DNA from: a bacterium
GTDB taxonomy: Bacteria; UBA8248; JACPRG01; G963555815
DNA: 64,000 bases
NCBI GenBank assembly: GCA_965249615.1
Contig: CBDFMI010000006.1
Span: 444,132 to 508,131 of the forward strand
Direction of reading: 5' to 3'
The translations under genes and the position numbers were made by a program. The stretch's first letter is position 1. Each line of letters opens with the position of its first letter. Below the pieces are notes generated by a model. That model was given only the letters and a program-made list of their open reading frames with translations. It was not told where the DNA came from and searched no databases. Below, one piece after another: positions 38,231 through 46,666 of the stretch.

Positions 38231-40297
38231 TTATTTTGGCCCTTCGACCAGCTTCTCTGGGAGTCTTTCATTGTGGTCGGGCGAGAGCCCGAGGTCCTTG
38301 AGGAGTTTGGCGCTGTAGAAGGCGAGCTCCCAAGATACCGCGGGCCTGATCTGAGAAGGCGTGAGCCCCTCAGCAAACGTCAGGTCAGCCCCCTTGAGGT
38401 TGGCCAGGAGAAGATCGGCCCCTTCGAGGTTAGCCCCGCGCAGGTCGGCCCCTTGGAGGTTGGCCTGGGTCAGTACGGCCCCTTGGAGGTTGGCCTGGAG
38501 CAGGTTGGCCCTCTGGAGGTTGGCCTGGAGCAGGTTGGCCCCCTGGAGGTTGGCGGAAAACAGGACGACTTCCTGGAGATCAGCTCCCTGGAGGTCGCTC
38601 CTCTGGAGGTCGGCCTCGTGGAGGAGGGCCCCTTGAAGTTTTGCCCCCTGCAAGTCGGCATTGACTAGGAAGGAACGAAACCCTGCGGCGTATCGCAGGT
38701 CTCTTCCCCTGAGACGGGCCCCTTTCACCAGACTAAACTCATCTTCGTTCTGTCCCGTCCAGTTTGGGGGCTTGGTTGAAACCTCCACCTCGCTGAAGTC
38801 CGCGAAGGGGCTGAGGCCAATGAGCGCGAAGGCGCCTGGCACCCATCTCCGGATGCTGATCGGTTTCAGGTCGGGGGCGATAGGCGTGGTGGCTTGCCGT
38901 ATGAAGCGAGCAGGAGGGGCAAAGTAGGCGGGGGGGACGCCGTCAATCCCCCCGAGGGCGAACAAAGAAAAGATGGCGCCGATACCGAGGGCCATTGCCA
39001 GGGGCACGTAAATCCTCCCTAAGGCCGATATGTATGGTCCCCAGACCCTCCATCTTCCCTTGAGACGAACCGGGATTAACTCCTCGCCGCGAAGCGTTCT
39101 CCTCGCGAGCTGGATGAACCAAAGGGCGCAAAAGGCTGAAAGGGCCAGAAGGGCTGAGTGAAACCAGGTCCCGGCCCATTCGTGGCGGGGGAGATATCTC
39201 GTCCAGAAGAGAAGGAGCGTTGCCGGGACGACCCACCAGCCAAGGACGAAGGAGATATGCACCTGCAGGCGAGAAAGTGGCGGGCGGTTTTTCCTCAACA
39301 GCGGGAAATGAGCCCGCGCAAGACAATTCAGGAGCCAGGGGTAGGCCCTCTTGTCGATGGGCCTCCCGTCGGGGAAGACAGCGGGAAGATCCGCCAGACC
39401 TTCCCACAGGCGAAGTAGGTGGACATGAAAATAGATGTAGTGGCCAAGAATGAGGAGGGGCACCGCTAAGTAGAACCAGACGATGGGGATCGCGGTCCCG
39501 AGGATGGGAAGGGGCGAGGAAGCGGAGTTGGTCAGGAGCCGGGTGTCTGTCGTCGTGGCGATAGTCAGCAGGGCATAGAGGCATGCCAGCAGCATCGCGA
39601 GGAAGATCTTTCGCGCGCTTTTGGACGCCTCCTCAACAATTCTCAGAGGCTCAAACCTGTGAAGGTCACCCGGGAGCGCCACTGCGTCCAGGTTGGCCCC
39701 GCCAAGCTTCACCCCTGAGAAGTTGACGACCCCCTGGAGGCTGGTCCCCTTCAGGTTTGACCCCCGGAAGTCCGTATCAGTCAGGCTGGCCCCGTGGAGG
39801 TCGGCGTGATCGAGATTGGCCTCGCGGAGGAGGGCCCCTTGAAGCTCGGCCTCGTTCAGGCTGGCCCTCTGGAGCTTGGCCCTCCTCAGACTGGCCCCTT
39901 CAAGGTTGGCCCCGGTCAGGTTGGCTTCCTTGAGGTTGACGTCCTCCAGATTCGCCCCCTTGAGGTTAGCCTTCACTAGGTTGGCCTCCTTGAGGTTGGC
40001 TTCAGACAAGCTCGCCCCTTCGAGGTTGGCCTTAAGCAGATTGGCCTCTTGAAGGTTAGCGCCACTCAGATTGGCCAGTCGGAGATCGGTGTCGGAAAGG
40101 TTGCGTCGTCGGAGGTCAGTGTTCGAGAGATCGGCTTTTTGCCCCTCCTTTTTTGATCCCTGCCACTTCCGGTGCGCCTCAAGGATTTCTGTCAGCTGCT
40201 CCTTGGTGAGCGTCCGAAGCGCGGAAATTTCTTGGGGGATCATTTCAGGTTTGTCGGTTTCCTGACTCATCTTCCCTTTACCCGTAATGGGCCGCAC
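38231..40297 (-). CDS. Pentapeptide-repeat protein with central multi-TM domain (repeat - TM - repeat architecture)
   Basis: N-terminal and C-terminal runs of A(D/N)L(x)x pentapeptides (ANLQEANLLKANLEGASL...) flank about 6 hydrophobic helices. Start is GTG 40297 or ATG 40270. Confidence 0.85.
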   Translation of the reverse strand: MRPITGKGKMSQETDKPEMIPQEISALRTLTKEQLTEILEAHRKWQGSKKEGQKADLSNTDLRRRNLSDTDLRLANLSGANLQEANLLKANLEGASLSEANLKEANLVKANLKGANLEDVNLKEANLTGANLEGASLRRAKLQRASLNEAELQGALLREANLDHADLHGASLTDTDFRGSNLKGTSLQGVVNFSGVKLGGANLDAVALPGDLHRFEPLRIVEEASKSARKIFLAMLLACLYALLTIATTTDTRLLTNSASSPLPILGTAIPIVWFYLAVPLLILGHYIYFHVHLLRLWEGLADLPAVFPDGRPIDKRAYPWLLNCLARAHFPLLRKNRPPLSRLQVHISFVLGWWVVPATLLLFWTRYLPRHEWAGTWFHSALLALSAFCALWFIQLARRTLRGEELIPVRLKGRWRVWGPYISALGRIYVPLAMALGIGAIFSLFALGGIDGVPPAYFAPPARFIRQATTPIAPDLKPISIRRWVPGAFALIGLSPFADFSEVEVSTKPPNWTGQNEDEFSLVKGARLRGRDLRYAAGFRSFLVNADLQGAKLQGALLHEADLQRSDLQGADLQEVVLFSANLQGANLLQANLQRANLLQANLQGAVLTQANLQGADLRGANLEGADLLLANLKGADLTFAEGLTPSQIRPAVSWELAFYSAKLLKDLGLSPDHNERLPEKLVEGPK
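38387..38566 (-). repeat. 30-nt tandem repeat array (6 units) inside the pentapeptide-repeat coding region
   Basis: Units start at 38387, 38417, 38447, 38477, 38507 and 38537 (GGCCCCTTGGAGGTTGGCCTGGAGCAGGTT-like). Each encodes two pentapeptides. Confidence 0.9.
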
Positions 40298-40395
40298 TTA
40301 GAGCCGCCAGGGATCTGTGTGGCTCAGATAGTTCTCATAATATCATATGGTTTCGGAGAATTTTGGTCCTGGGCCGTAATCGCCTGGATGCGCCC

Positions 40396-40424
40396 TGGAC
40401 AGACGGTCAGCCCGTGTCTATATT
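40396..40424 (+). promoter_or_regulatory. Candidate promoter TGGACA-N17-TATATT giving a leaderless or near-leaderless transcript
   Basis: The -10 element ends 8 nt before ATG 40433. There is no Shine-Dalgarno sequence. Confidence 0.35.
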
Positions 40425-40432
40425 CTTGTTTT

Positions 40433-40750
40433 ATGGAGCCGAAAGAGCACGTCGAGATCGCATCGGTGGACAAGGAGGGCCGCATAGAACTTTCCCAAAA
40501 GGTTCTCAAGACCCTTGGCGTCGCCCCTGGGAAAGAGGTCAAGCTAAAGGTCCGGGGAAAGCAGGTGACGGTCGAACGTCACATCGCAGACCTTTTTGCG
40601 GAGTACCGCAATAGGCCGAAGGCCCCGGGCATTCAGGAGCTCGCCAAGGCCCAGAAGAAGAAAAAAGAGGAGGCCAAAGAGGAGTTCAAAAAACGTCTCA
40701 AAGAACGTCCTGAAGTCCGCCCCGAAGATCGTCCGGATTTTTGGGATTAG
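40433..40750 (+). CDS. AbrB/MazE/SpoVT-family DNA-binding domain protein with Lys/Glu-rich tail
   Basis: VEIASVDKEGRIELSQKVLKTLGVAPGKEVKLKVRGKQVTVE matches the swapped-hairpin SpoVT-AbrB domain pattern. The real start is internal to track ORF 40172-40750. Confidence 0.6.
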   Translation: MEPKEHVEIASVDKEGRIELSQKVLKTLGVAPGKEVKLKVRGKQVTVERHIADLFAEYRNRPKAPGIQELAKAQKKKKEEAKEEFKKRLKERPEVRPEDRPDFWD

Positions 40751-40941
40751 AATAAAGAGATACGCAGCGAGTTCGATTGCCCGCTGGTTCCCTTTAGTCG
40801 CCGCAAAGAATTCCACGATCAGTCAAATCCCCGCTCTTCCCCTTGACGCCTCAACTTGTTTCTGTTAATTCTTGACCGCCGGTTGGAAGACCTTGTCCGG
40901 CCCCTGCCGCTTGACGAAATTCCCCTCGGAGGAATTCTGCT

Positions 40942-43317
40942 TTGATCTGGATTCGCCTCTTTCTCTTCTTCGTTTCGCTCAGCTTCCTTTTTCCTGGTCT
41001 CGGCGGGGCGCAGGATGTCTTTCCCACCCCCAAGGGTCTAGAGGCAGCTCAAAAATTTTGGATCGACATCTTCACTAAGCACGGCAGGAATCAAGTCGTT
41101 ATCCACGATGCCGATCACCTGGACGTGGTCTATGAAGTCCTCCAGCTTGATGGGCGCGGCCCCTCCGGCAAGGTCAGCCCCAAACGGCGGGAGGCCGGGA
41201 TTCGTCGAGCCAAGAGCCGCTACCGTGAGCTCATCGACTCCTGGAGGAAGAACTCGCCCGACCCCTCTCAGCTGTCGAGCTCCCATAGGCGGATCTATCT
41301 CGCGTTGACGCGCCCGGAGCGCCGCTACAGCCTGCAGGAGGCCCGAAAGAACATTCGCGGGCAACTGGGACTTAAAGAGAGGTTCCGCGAGGGCCTTATC
41401 CGGTCCGGACTTTATCTGAACCGCATGAAGGAGATCTTTCGCCAGCACGGCCTGCCGGACGATCTCATCGCCATCCCCCACGTGGAGTCCTCCTTTCAGA
41501 TCCACGCCCTCTCCAGATACGGGGCTGCGGGGATCTGGCAGTTCACGCGGGACACGGGCCGAAGGTTTCTCACCATCAATTACGCCATCGATGAGCGCCG
41601 GGACCCTATTCTCGCCACTGAAGCGGCGGCAAAACTCCTGAAGGCGAACTTTGCGGATCTGGGGAGCTGGCCCCTCGCCGTGACGGCCTATAACCATGGC
41701 CTCGGAGGGATGAGGAGAGCCGTCCGCACGGTGGGGACCAAAGACCTTCCCACCATTATCCGACGCTACAGGGGGCGGATCTTTGGCTTTGCCTCGAAGA
41801 ATTTTTACGCCGAATTTCTGGCGGCAAGAGAGGTCAACAATCACCCAGAAAAGTATTTCGGCGGGGTTCCTTTTGCGTCTCCCCTGAAGTTCGATGTTTT
41901 CGAAATTCCTGACTACATTGGGATGGAGACCGTCACCCGGCACCTTGGCCTGGGGCAGGAGGAGATCCGAGCGCTGAACCCGGCCCTTCGCCGCCCTATC
42001 CTGGATGGAAGACGGTATCTCCCGAAAGGCTATCCCCTTCGGGTGCCTCCAGGGAGTGGAGAAGAGATCGCCAGGGCCTACGCCGCCATCCCTTCCGACG
42101 AAAAGTCGAGAAGCCAACAGCGCGACCAGTGGTATCGAGTCCGGCGGGGAGATACGCTCATCAAGATCGCCCGCCTCTTCGGGACTTCCCTCAACGCCCT
42201 CGTGGCGGTCAACGATCTCCGAGACCCGGACCGCATCCGTAAAGGGGCGGTCCTCGCCATCCCCCCAGCGCGCGGGTCCAGAGAACAAGGGCGCCCCGGG
42301 TCGTATCAAGTTCAAAGGGGAGACACGCTCGGCAAGATCGCCCGCCTCTTTGGGACCTCCGTCAACGCCCTCATGGCCGCCAACAACCTTCGGAACCCGA
42401 ACCACGTTCGTAAAGGGACGGTTCTGACCGTTCCCTCGACGGAGGCGTCCATCAAGCAGGAGCGTCCTCAGTCGTATCGAGTGCGAAGGGGAGATACGCT
42501 GACCGAGATCGCCCGCCTCTTTGGGACCTCCGTCAAGGCCCTGATGGCCGCCAACGGCCTTCGGAACGCGGACCACGTCCGCAAAGGGGTGGTCCTCGCC
42601 ATCCCCGGGGTGGAGAAGACGACGCTGGCCCGCCTCGAACAGGAGGAGCCGAAACCGAGCCCTCTAAAACCTCCTGAGAAACCCGAGCAAGAGGAGATTG
42701 AGGCTGTCCAAATTGACATTGTCCAAGAGGACATCCCTGAGAAAATCCCTGACGAGGTCTTGAACGGGGAAACCGTCCCCTCAGACGGGAGCCCGGCGGC
42801 ACCCCCGGCCGAGGAAGAGGCCCCCCTTCCTTCTCCTCTCGCCATCTCCGAGGTCAGATTTCCAGAAGCCTCCAGGGACCGAGGCTGGATCATCGTTGAG
42901 CCGGCGGAGACCCTGGGCCATTTTGCCGATTGGCTTGAGGTGGAGACCCAGGCCCTCAGACACCTGAACAGGCTCAGGCGCGGGAGGGCCATTCAGGTCG
43001 GACAGCGGATCTCACTCGCCTTTCAAAAAGTGGGCGTGGAGGTGTTCGAGGCAAGACGGCTTGAGTACCACAGGGGGCTAGAAGAGGACTTCTTTGAGGT
43101 CTACCAGGTCGAGGGAACCGAGCTCCACGCCCTCCAGACCGGGGAGAATATCTGGGCCCTCGCCCGTGGACGCTATGGGGTTCCCTTCTGGCTCGTGGCC
43201 AGATATAATCCTGACAAAATCCTTTCCCGGTTGGGCACAGGGGAGCGGGTGGTCATTCCCATTGTCGGGTCCCGGGCGGCTGAACCGCTTCAAGCGGAGA
43301 CCGGTATCGAGCCCTAA
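40942..43317 (+). CDS. Membrane-bound lytic murein transglycosylase D-like protein (SLT domain plus 3 clear and about 2 degenerate LysM domains)
   Basis: Signal peptide, then VESSFQ...AAGIWQFTRDTG (SLT catalytic Glu region). Three YRVRRGDTLxxIARLFGTSxxALxAxNxLR...KGxVLxIP LysM repeats follow. Confidence 0.85.
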   Translation: MIWIRLFLFFVSLSFLFPGLGGAQDVFPTPKGLEAAQKFWIDIFTKHGRNQVVIHDADHLDVVYEVLQLDGRGPSGKVSPKRREAGIRRAKSRYRELIDSWRKNSPDPSQLSSSHRRIYLALTRPERRYSLQEARKNIRGQLGLKERFREGLIRSGLYLNRMKEIFRQHGLPDDLIAIPHVESSFQIHALSRYGAAGIWQFTRDTGRRFLTINYAIDERRDPILATEAAAKLLKANFADLGSWPLAVTAYNHGLGGMRRAVRTVGTKDLPTIIRRYRGRIFGFASKNFYAEFLAAREVNNHPEKYFGGVPFASPLKFDVFEIPDYIGMETVTRHLGLGQEEIRALNPALRRPILDGRRYLPKGYPLRVPPGSGEEIARAYAAIPSDEKSRSQQRDQWYRVRRGDTLIKIARLFGTSLNALVAVNDLRDPDRIRKGAVLAIPPARGSREQGRPGSYQVQRGDTLGKIARLFGTSVNALMAANNLRNPNHVRKGTVLTVPSTEASIKQERPQSYRVRRGDTLTEIARLFGTSVKALMAANGLRNADHVRKGVVLAIPGVEKTTLARLEQEEPKPSPLKPPEKPEQEEIEAVQIDIVQEDIPEKIPDEVLNGETVPSDGSPAAPPAEEEAPLPSPLAISEVRFPEASRDRGWIIVEPAETLGHFADWLEVETQALRHLNRLRRGRAIQVGQRISLAFQKVGVEVFEARRLEYHRGLEEDFFEVYQVEGTELHALQTGENIWALARGRYGVPFWLVARYNPDKILSRLGTGERVVIPIVGSRAAEPLQAETGIEP

Positions 43318-43402
43318 AGGCAACCCGCCGCTTCCCTCAAAGGGGATCTAAACCGGGCGGGCTGTCCCGTAGGTTCCAAGAGCGACAGCCTCCAGGGGAA
43401 TC

Positions 43403-44569
43403 ATGGACCTCAAGATCTCCAAAGAAGAACTTCAGAAGGCGCTCGCCCGAGTGCAGGGGATCGTCGAGACCCGCACCAGCGCCATGCCCATCCTTCAAAA
43501 CTTCCTCCTCCAGGTGCCTAAAAAAAAGAAAGAGGGCAAGGTGGTCGTCTCCGCCACTGACCTGGACATCAGCTTCCAGGGGACCTACGAGGCAGAGATC
43601 CTCTCCCCGGGCCAGATCACCCTCCCCGCCCGAAAGGTTTTTGACATCGTCAAAGAACTCCCCTCCGCCGAGGTCTCCCTCAAGTTGGAAGAGAATCAAT
43701 GGCTGCGCCTCACGTGTGCGAAAAGCGTCTTCCGGTTCCCAGGGCTTCCGGCGGAGGATTTCCCCGCGGTCCCCTCCCTGCAGGAAGGGCCCACCCTTGA
43801 CCTGAAGGCCCAGGATCTGGCGGAGATGCTCCGGAAAACCATGTTCGCCATCTCGACGGACGAGACCCGTCACGCCCTCAACGGGGTCTTCTTGGAGGGA
43901 GAAAAGGATCGCCTGAGCTTGGTGGCAACCGATGGGCACCGGCTGGCCTTCATCTCCCGGGCCTGTGAGCCCCTTCAAGAGCCGGTTGGATTCATCGTCC
44001 ACCGCAAGGCCGTCGCCGAACTCCTAAAACTTCTCTCTGAGGTGAAAGACACCGTCCGCGTACAGGTCCAGGAAAATCACGTCCTATTCGCCTTGGGTTC
44101 CTTGCTGATCGTCTCAAGGCTCATCGAGGGCCAGTTCCCCAATTACCGCCAGGTCATCCCCAGCCAGAACGAGCGAAAGGTCTCCCTTTCCCGTGCCGCC
44201 CTCTGGGGAGGGCTTCGCCGGGTGTCTCAGATGGCCGACGAGAGGTCCCGCCTGGTCAAGTTCAAGCTGGAGCCCAAGACCCTCTCCCTGCTCACCGACG
44301 CTCGGGAGCTCGGGGAAGCCCACGAGACCCTCGAGGTGGACTATGAGGGAGAGGAGGTCACCGTCGGCTTCAACGCCAGATATGTCCTGGACTTCCTGAA
44401 CGCCATTGAAACCGAGTCGGTTCAAGTCGCGCTGAATGACCCTCTGAGTCCAGGCCTTTTCCGACCCGATGGAGCCGAAGGCCAAGAGAAACCCCCCTCC
44501 GGCAAGGGGAAGAAGAAAGCACCGAGTCAAGAGGAATACCTCTGCGTTATCATGCCCATGCGGGTCTAG
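43403..44569 (+). CDS. dnaN: DNA polymerase III beta sliding clamp
   Basis: MDLKISKEELQKALARVQGIVE...PILQNFLL and C-terminal ...CVIMPMRV. A K/G-rich insertion sits near the C-terminus. Confidence 0.95.
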   Translation: MDLKISKEELQKALARVQGIVETRTSAMPILQNFLLQVPKKKKEGKVVVSATDLDISFQGTYEAEILSPGQITLPARKVFDIVKELPSAEVSLKLEENQWLRLTCAKSVFRFPGLPAEDFPAVPSLQEGPTLDLKAQDLAEMLRKTMFAISTDETRHALNGVFLEGEKDRLSLVATDGHRLAFISRACEPLQEPVGFIVHRKAVAELLKLLSEVKDTVRVQVQENHVLFALGSLLIVSRLIEGQFPNYRQVIPSQNERKVSLSRAALWGGLRRVSQMADERSRLVKFKLEPKTLSLLTDARELGEAHETLEVDYEGEEVTVGFNARYVLDFLNAIETESVQVALNDPLSPGLFRPDGAEGQEKPPSGKGKKKAPSQEEYLCVIMPMRV

Positions 44570-44577
44570 CCCCTTCG

Positions 44578-44600
44578 GGCACGCAGTGCCTTTCCCCTTT
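44578..44600 (+). terminator. Candidate rho-independent terminator after dnaN
   Basis: GGCAC-GCA-GTGCC hairpin followed by TTTCCCCTTTT. Confidence 0.4.
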
Positions 44601-44613
44601 TACTGGCGACGCT

Positions 44614-44994
44614 TTAGTCTTCCAGGATGACCTCGGCGAGGGCCATCTCGTCGGTGTGGGAGAGGCTCACGTGGGCCTTTCTGACGCCGAGCGAGTGGGC
44701 TCTTCGCTCGGCGGCACCGTACAGATGAAGGTCTGGACGGCCCCCCTCGGCGGGGAGGACCTCGATCTCCGTCCACGAAAGGCCACCATGGGGCCAGCCC
44801 CTGCCCAGGGCCTTAAAAGCGGCCTCTTTGGCAGCGAAGCGGGCGGCGTAGTGCGTGTACTTTCGCGGGCGGGATTCGCAATAGACGATCTCGGCGGATG
44901 TGAACACCCGGCGGAAGAACCGCGTCCCGTATCGCGTGCCCGCCGATTGAAGCCTTGCCACATCGACGAGGTCAGTCCCGATGCCGACGATCAT
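44614..44994 (-). CDS. acpS: Holo-[acyl-carrier-protein] synthase
   Basis: MIVGIGTDLVDVARL... FAAKEAAFKALG ... SLSHT motifs. Confidence 0.9.
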   Translation of the reverse strand: MIVGIGTDLVDVARLQSAGTRYGTRFFRRVFTSAEIVYCESRPRKYTHYAARFAAKEAAFKALGRGWPHGGLSWTEIEVLPAEGGRPDLHLYGAAERRAHSLGVRKAHVSLSHTDEMALAEVILED

Positions 44995-45209
44995 CCGCCA
45001 CCTCCGATGAAAAATCATCCATGGGGAAGTTTTTAGTCATTATAGACGAAGAGGGGCGGGCGTGAGAACCGACTGGCGCCTTGAAAATGTGAAAATGAAA
45101 AATTGAAAAAGTCCTACCTCTTAAAATCCCTTGTCATGGAAGACGGATGGTGTTAGTTTCCTACTTGTCCTGGGTGCTTCAGCTGATGCCTTCCGCAAGT
45201 TCTTCTTAG

Positions 45210-46664
45210 ATGAAATTTGAGCAAGACTTCCAAAGCCTGATCGAGCTCGTCAGCAATGTCACAGACGCCTTCACGGCGGGAGTTTTTCTCCCCGGCCCCG
45301 CGGAGGGAATGCTGACTCTCAGGATCTATCACACCCTCAGCGACCATCTGAGGACCGATGCCCATATTGAGCGCGGGCAGGGGCTTGTCGGCTGGGTGGC
45401 CGAACACGGCAAACCCTTGAATTCCGTAGAGTTCAAGCACGACATCTCTGCCCTCGGTCTCTACGGCGGGCCAGAGGACATCAAATCTTTCATGGCCGTC
45501 CCGATTCGCACCCCAGAGGGGACCGGCGTCCTCTGCATAGACAGCAAGCGTCAATATGTCTTCACCCCCAAGGTTCAAAAGATCCTCCTCGACTTTTCGC
45601 GGCTCATCTCCTACCTGCTGGAGAACTCTGACGTCTACCGGCAGATTGGCCGAGGGGCCATCTCTCTTTCCGATATGCGGGACTACGCAGGGGCCCTCAC
45701 CCATTCCTGCGATGAGGAGGCCTTCCTCGACTCCGCTTGCAATCTGCCAAAGAAACTCCTGGACTATGATGCCTGCCTCATCGCCCTGCGGGCCCCCGGG
45801 GAGGACCGCTTTGAAGTGGCTCGCTGTATCTGTCGCTTGGAGGACCCCCTGGAGGGACGCCCGGTCGACCTCGACCGAAGCCTCGTGGGCTGGGTCCTCT
45901 CCCGCGGGGAGGTCCTTCATCTGCAGACCCTGAACCGAGAGAGGGGCAAGAGTCACCTCATCCATCCCGAAGAGCCGGCGTGGCCCGTGGCCTCTTTCCT
46001 CGGCCTCCCTCTTCAGGTGGCAGAGGATTTCCTCGGCGTCCTCGCCTTCACCCGCTCGAGGCCGGGGGGATTTTTGGATCGGGAGCTTGCGGCGGCCGAA
46101 CTGGTCCAGCGCCTGCTGTCCCTGGGCCTCGCCAACACCAGAATGCATACCAAGTGGCGGAACCTGGCCGAGGTGGACCGCCTCACGGGCCTTCCGAACT
46201 ACCGCCGTTTTCAGGCTCATCTCAAGGCCGCGCTGGAGCGGACCACCGAGCAAAAAGGGTTTCTCGCCCTGCTGGCCGTCGAGGCCGTGGAATTTCCCGA
46301 CCCGGGTCGGGAGGCTTGGCTGGGAGATGGGCTCCTCAAGGAGCTGGCGCTTCTTCACCGGCAGTTTGCGGGGGACCCGGACTTAGTGACATGCTTTCAA
46401 GGACAGAGGTTCCTCCTCGCCTTAGAGGGGGCGAGTCCCGAAGCGGCGCGGGCCCTCGCCGAGAGGCTCCGGGAGGTTGTCGAGGAGACCATCTTTCCTT
46501 CCCAGGGCCCTCAAGTCCGCCTCAGGATCCACATCGGCCTCAGCAGCTTTCCAGAGGACGGTCGCACAGAGGGGCAGCTCGTCCTTCAAGGGCTTCGAGC
46601 GCTGGAGTGGGCCAAGGAAGAGGGGCGAAACACCATCTGTTCTTGCGCGGAGGTAATGGAGTGA
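45210..46664 (+). CDS. GAF-GAF-GGDEF-domain protein with degenerate (probably inactive) GGDEF site
   Basis: Two GAF-like regions (GLVGWVAEHGKPL..., SLVGWVLSRGEVL...), then DRLTGLPNYRRF. The site normally reading R-x-GGDEF reads CFQGQRF here. Confidence 0.75.
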   Translation: MKFEQDFQSLIELVSNVTDAFTAGVFLPGPAEGMLTLRIYHTLSDHLRTDAHIERGQGLVGWVAEHGKPLNSVEFKHDISALGLYGGPEDIKSFMAVPIRTPEGTGVLCIDSKRQYVFTPKVQKILLDFSRLISYLLENSDVYRQIGRGAISLSDMRDYAGALTHSCDEEAFLDSACNLPKKLLDYDACLIALRAPGEDRFEVARCICRLEDPLEGRPVDLDRSLVGWVLSRGEVLHLQTLNRERGKSHLIHPEEPAWPVASFLGLPLQVAEDFLGVLAFTRSRPGGFLDRELAAAELVQRLLSLGLANTRMHTKWRNLAEVDRLTGLPNYRRFQAHLKAALERTTEQKGFLALLAVEAVEFPDPGREAWLGDGLLKELALLHRQFAGDPDLVTCFQGQRFLLALEGASPEAARALAERLREVVEETIFPSQGPQVRLRIHIGLSSFPEDGRTEGQLVLQGLRALEWAKEEGRNTICSCAEVME

Positions 46665-46666
46665 GG

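Noticed and set aside
38387-38566. CRISPR-like array of 30-nt direct repeats
   Set aside because: The repeats are contiguous with no spacers. They are in frame within a long ORF and encode pentapeptide repeats. No cas genes are present.
41038-42576. 512-aa minus-strand ORF inside the MltD-like gene. Similar antisense ORFs occur at 8-940, 13069-14121, 30900-31970, 45153-46358, 46586-47578, 55766-57187 and 63190-63891.
   Set aside because: All lie antisense to genes with clear family motifs. They lack RBSs and have R/G/P-biased composition, so they are GC-driven artefacts.
44570-45209. Replication origin next to dnaN
   Set aside because: dnaA is not adjacent, no TTATCCACA-like DnaA boxes were seen, and the AT-rich stretch is only about 30 nt long.
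45980-46666. 5' extension of the mreB reading frame (track ORF 45980-47692, 570 aa)
   Set aside because: The extension overlaps the GAF-GGDEF gene in another frame and encodes R/G/P-rich nonsense. The canonical MreB N-terminus begins at ATG 46667.
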